A DNA stretch of 64,000 nucleotides from the NCBI GenBank assembly GCA_963761335.1, contig CAVXGR010000024.1, positions 96,001-160,000 on the forward strand, given 5' to 3'. Shown here piece after piece: positions 60,832 through 64,000 of the stretch (positions are counted from its first letter, which is position 1; each line of letters starts with the position of its first letter). Under the pieces are notes generated by a model that did no database searches, was not told where the DNA came from, and saw only the letters and a program-made list of their open reading frames with translations. The position numbers were made by a program, and so were the translations under genes. The DNA comes from an uncultured delta proteobacterium (GTDB taxonomy: Bacteria > Desulfobacterota > Binatia > HRBIN30 > BPIQ01).

Positions 60832-61061
60832 CGTCTTCGCTCCTGGCTCCGAAGCCGGCATGGCGCCGTAGCCGCACGAGGGGGACGGAGGTGGAGCTTG
60901 CCGCGGTCCTCGGCCGCAAGCGGCGACAATGGTCCGAGACCGAGTCGATCGAGTCTCAAGGCGTCGATCTCGCCGGCGGTGATGCGGCCGTCGGACGCGA
61001 TTACGGCGACGGCGAGTCGGGCAACCAGGCGCCTGGGGTGGGTTTCCGGGATGCGGTCCAT
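60828..61061 (-). pseudogene. Truncated TerB-like ORF (77 aa)
   Basis: LAVAVIASDGRITAGEIDAL resembles the first TerB metal motif, then the similarity ends. An RBS is present and the stop overlaps the DUF2892 start. Confidence 0.4.
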
Positions 61062-61090
61062 TTTGCGCTTCCCTCTAGAAGTCACGCGTG

Positions 61091-61107
61091 AGCCAAGCGC
61101 GTGCCAA
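61091..61107 (-). promoter_or_regulatory. sigma54 promoter heading the small-gene string
   Basis: Minus strand reads TTGGCAC-GCGCT-TGGCT (GG-N10-GC), 30 nt upstream of ATG 61061. Confidence 0.55.
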
Positions 61108-61199
61108 GACGAAACGCGGGCAGCGGGACCGCGGCGTCGCCGGCCGCATCCCACCGATGCGTCCGGCCCGCTACGGGGATTCCCGTAGCTGGGAAGCGG

Positions 61200-62879
61200 T
61201 CAGCCTTCGGAGGTCGGTATTGGCTCCCGCGGCAGGTGAATGCGGAAGACGGACCCCTGGCCGACGACGCTCTCGACCTCGATGGATCCGCCGAGCATCG
61301 CCAGGAGACGCTGCACGATGTAGAGGCCGAGCCCAACGCCTCCGAAGCGGCGGGTGCTGGAGCTGTCGCCCTGGCGGAAGGGCTCGAAGATGATCGGCAG
61401 GGTCTCGGCGTCGATGCCCACTCCGGTATCGGACACGGTGATGTCGACGCCGCCGTCGTCGTTGGCTTTCGCCCTGACTGTGATCGTTCCCTGCTCGGTG
61501 AACTTGATGGCGTTGCCGACGAGATTCTTGAGCACGACCTTCAGCTTGGCGGGATCGGAGACCACCTCCGGCAGGGGCCCTTCGGCGGCGAGCGTGAGCT
61601 TGAGACCGCGGCGCTGGCTCAGCTCGCGGGTCTCGGCCTCCACCTGATCGAGAATTTCCGGCAGGCAAACCTTCTCGAGATCGAGTGGGGCATGCCCGGA
61701 CTCCAGACGGCTCAGGTTCAGGGTGGCGTTGATCAGATCCAGGAGCTGGCGCGTGCTGGTGTCGATGCGGCGGAAGACTTGCTCCTGCTCCGGGGCGAGA
61801 GAACCGAAAGCCCCATCGAGGAGGAGATCGCTGTATCCCATGATCACGTTGAGGGGCGTGCGCAGCTCGTGCGACATGGTGGCGACGAACTCCGACTTGA
61901 GTCGGCTGGCGCGGGCCAGCTCGTCCATCAGACGCGCCTGCTCGAGTGCCAGAGAGGCGAGCTGCGCCAGACCCGCGCCGATGCGCAGCTCGTCCGCATT
62001 GAAGCTCTCACCGTGACGGCGCTCGGCGACGAGGAGGCCGATGACCTCGTTGCCGCGCCGCAGGGCGCTGCACAGCTGCGCGCCGCTGCCGGTCTTGTGC
62101 CCGAGATCCCCGTCCGGGGGCATGTCGATCAGGACCGCGTCGGCGTTGTCCAGCTGCTCGAGGGCTCTGGAGATCGCCGCTTCCGGAGTCGACAGACTGC
62201 GAACCACCGCTTCGCGCTCGCGCAGAGCATCGTGACCGGTCATCGCCACAACGGCGATCCCCTCCTCTTCCGGCCGCAGCATGAAAGTCGTGCAGGTGTC
62301 GCACTTGAGCACGTCGGCGGCTACGCCGCAGAGTCGGTCGATGAGCGCCGGGGAATCGAGGGCCGAGATCAGCTCGCTGCCAACCTGCGCCAAGGCCTGG
62401 GACACCAGAGCTTCGCTGCGGAGCGCCGCCTCGGCGCGGCGCCGCTCGCGGCGGACCTTCGCCTCGCGCAGCTCCCGATCGATGGCCGGGAGGAGGCGCG
62501 CCAGGTTCCCTTTCATGATGTAGTCGTGGGCTCCCTGCTTCATCGCCGCCACGGCGATCTCCTCGCCGATGCTCCCGGAAACGATGATGAAGGGGAGGTC
62601 GATTCCGTCCTCCTGGACCACCGCCAGGGCCTCCACGGCATCGAACCGGGGCAGGCCGTAGTCCGCTAGGACGAGGTCCCACTCCTGAGCGCTGAGAGCG
62701 CGGCGCAGCGACGCCGCGTCTTCCACTCGAGTCCAGTCGGGCCGGTAGCCGCCGCGCTGGATCTTGCGGATCAGCAGGAGAGCGTCGTCTTCAGAGTCTT
62801 CAACCAGCAGAACCCGGAGCTGGCGCCCCTGGCGTTCGGTGGTGCCGTCATCCAGCCGGCTTGATTCGCGTCGATCCAT
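61200..62879 (-). CDS. Cytoplasmic hybrid histidine kinase (receiver-GAF-HisKA-HATPase)
   Basis: LLVEDSEDD, ADYGLP, SHELRTPL, NLVGNAIKFT, DTGVGI, GGVGLGL; no TM helix. Confidence 0.95.
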   Translation of the reverse strand: MDRRESSRLDDGTTERQGRQLRVLLVEDSEDDALLLIRKIQRGGYRPDWTRVEDAASLRRALSAQEWDLVLADYGLPRFDAVEALAVVQEDGIDLPFIIVSGSIGEEIAVAAMKQGAHDYIMKGNLARLLPAIDRELREAKVRRERRRAEAALRSEALVSQALAQVGSELISALDSPALIDRLCGVAADVLKCDTCTTFMLRPEEEGIAVVAMTGHDALREREAVVRSLSTPEAAISRALEQLDNADAVLIDMPPDGDLGHKTGSGAQLCSALRRGNEVIGLLVAERRHGESFNADELRIGAGLAQLASLALEQARLMDELARASRLKSEFVATMSHELRTPLNVIMGYSDLLLDGAFGSLAPEQEQVFRRIDTSTRQLLDLINATLNLSRLESGHAPLDLEKVCLPEILDQVEAETRELSQRRGLKLTLAAEGPLPEVVSDPAKLKVVLKNLVGNAIKFTEQGTITVRAKANDDGGVDITVSDTGVGIDAETLPIIFEPFRQGDSSSTRRFGGVGLGLYIVQRLLAMLGGSIEVESVVGQGSVFRIHLPREPIPTSEG

Positions 62880-63103
62880 CGTCGTCGGTATCCCCTCATT
62901 TCGATGGTTGAGGGCGTGAGTTGGGGAGAAGCAGCATCAATACCAGGGATGCGGCCGACGGGATCTGGGTCGAAATCGAGCCCGCCAAATCGGGACGGCA
63001 GTATTATCAGGAACAAAGCGCCGCAATTTGTCACGCCACAAGAGAACCGTTTGACACTTCGGTCACCCTGCGCGTGACGACTACCGACGCGGGCCCGGCT
63101 TTG

Positions 63104-63523
63104 TCAACTGTCGGAATGCTCGACTCCGCCGGGGCAACAGCTGGCAATCATCTGCTTGAGGCGGTCGACGTCGAGGGGGAGCTGCAGGCACCTGACGCCG
63201 TTGCCGGCCTCGAGTGCCGAGCGGATGCGGACCGTCTCTTCCTCGGTCAAGAAGATGATGGGCACCTCCCGGCCCGCAGAGCGCACCTGCTGCATCAGGG
63301 TGATGCCGCAGACCTGGCCGGGGAGATGGACGTCGCTGATCACGGCGCCATACCGCTGAGTCGCCAGATGATTCAACGCTTCCTCTCCGGAGGCAGCGCA
63401 GTCGATCTGGTAACCGCAACGGCAGAGAATGCGGCGCAGCGTACTGCGGAAATTCTGGTTGCAGACGACCAGTAGCAACCGCCGGTTCTCCGCTCCCGCC
63501 TGGCGCTGTCCTTCTTCAGTCAT
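63104..63523 (-). CDS. Atypical single-domain response regulator
   Basis: AASGEEAL, ISDVHLPG, PIIFLT. Lacks the N-terminal acidic pair and the KP lysine. Confidence 0.75.
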   Translation of the reverse strand: MTEEGQRQAGAENRRLLLVVCNQNFRSTLRRILCRCGYQIDCAASGEEALNHLATQRYGAVISDVHLPGQVCGITLMQQVRSAGREVPIIFLTEEETVRIRSALEAGNGVRCLQLPLDVDRLKQMIASCCPGGVEHSDS

Positions 63524-63542
63524 GTTCCCATGTTTGGCGGTG

Positions 63543-63558
63543 AGCAGAAACCATGCCG
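63543..63558 (-). promoter_or_regulatory. Possible sigma54 promoter for the atypical receiver
   Basis: Minus strand reads CGGCAT-GGTTT-CTGCT (GG-N10-GC), 20 nt upstream of ATG 63523. Confidence 0.35.
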
Positions 63559-63658
63559 GAATCGCCCACAATCGTGGACGAACCGTTGTTCTTCGGATCC
63601 GTCGTGGCCGGTGGCTGACGTTGTAACAAAAGATGACTGCTCGAATCCCCGGACTGCT

Positions 63659-64000
63659 TCATTCCAGACCGTATTTCTGGATCTTGCGGTAGAGGCGCTG
63701 GCGGTCGATGCCGAGCAGCCGAGCCGCTTGGTTCTTGTTTCCGCCGGCCCGCCGCAGTGCCGCCTCGATGTTGATGCGTTCGAGCTCCTCGAGGCGCAGG
63801 GGGACGTCGTCCTCGGCGCCTCTGGCGCCGTCGCCTTTCGCCGCCGGCCCGAGAAGCGCCGGTGGCAGGCTGCTGCGGGTGATCTCCGGATCGCGCGACA
63901 GGGCGAAGGCGCGCTCGATGACGTTCTGCAGCTCGCGGATGTTTCCGGGCCAATGGTATTCGCGAATGCGCTCCATGGCATCGGCTGCCACCCGCTTGGG
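63659..64000 (-). CDS. sigma54-dependent (NtrC/Fis-family) transcriptional activator, C-terminal part; 5' end outside the window
   Basis: YHWPGNIRELQNVIERA and the Fis HTH GGNKNQAARLLGIDRQRLYRKI. Confidence 0.93.
   Translation of the reverse strand, partial: PKRVAADAMERIREYHWPGNIRELQNVIERAFALSRDPEITRSSLPPALLGPAAKGDGARGAEDDVPLRLEELERINIEAALRRAGGNKNQAARLLGIDRQRLYRKIQKYGLE

Noticed and set aside
59780..60919. 379-aa ORF
   Set aside because: Only the last 83 codons look coding; the rest overlaps three better-supported small genes in other frames.
63022..63039. TGGCGT...TTGC sigma54-like motif upstream of the hybrid kinase (also 58212-58228)
   Set aside because: GG-to-GC spacing is 11 (or 9/11) rather than the strictly required 10.

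Overview
High-GC bacterial chromosomal window, densely coding and mostly on the minus strand. The gene content (DUF1329 protein, F420-dependent LLM oxidoreductase, P450, Cys-rich surface protein, many sigma54 sites) suggests an uncultured deltaproteobacteria-like lineage such as Candidatus Binatia; this is an inference. 1-21.5 kb: a cluster of seven large membrane proteins carrying eight GT-C-type glycosyltransferase domains (ArnT/PMT-like and DUF2298), several fused to PA14-like or NHL beta-propeller domains, plus a GT4 and a SAM methyltransferase. 22-28.3 kb: a sugar ABC transporter split by a DUF1329 gene. 28.3-39.3 kb: a housekeeping run (rpsO-pnp-M16 peptidase-dut-purS-[P450, small gene]-purQ-purL-purF). 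39.5-57.7 kb: mixed metabolic and envelope genes (FAD oxidoreductase, 1163-aa secreted protein, oligoendopeptidase F, cysC, LLM-F420, TPR, nadB, SLT, pgsA and others). 57.7-64 kb: a co-oriented string of small genes, two-component genes and a truncated NtrC-type activator. Non-coding signals read directly from the sequence are three copies of a ~500-bp nested-palindrome (REPIN/MITE-like) element, two copies of a long hairpin element with compensatory changes, six sigma54-type -24/-12 motifs, and a structured ncRNA candidate behind a consensus sigma54 promoter at 48.0 kb. No rRNA, tRNA, CRISPR array, transposase or integrase was seen. All family assignments come from motif recognition, not database searches.
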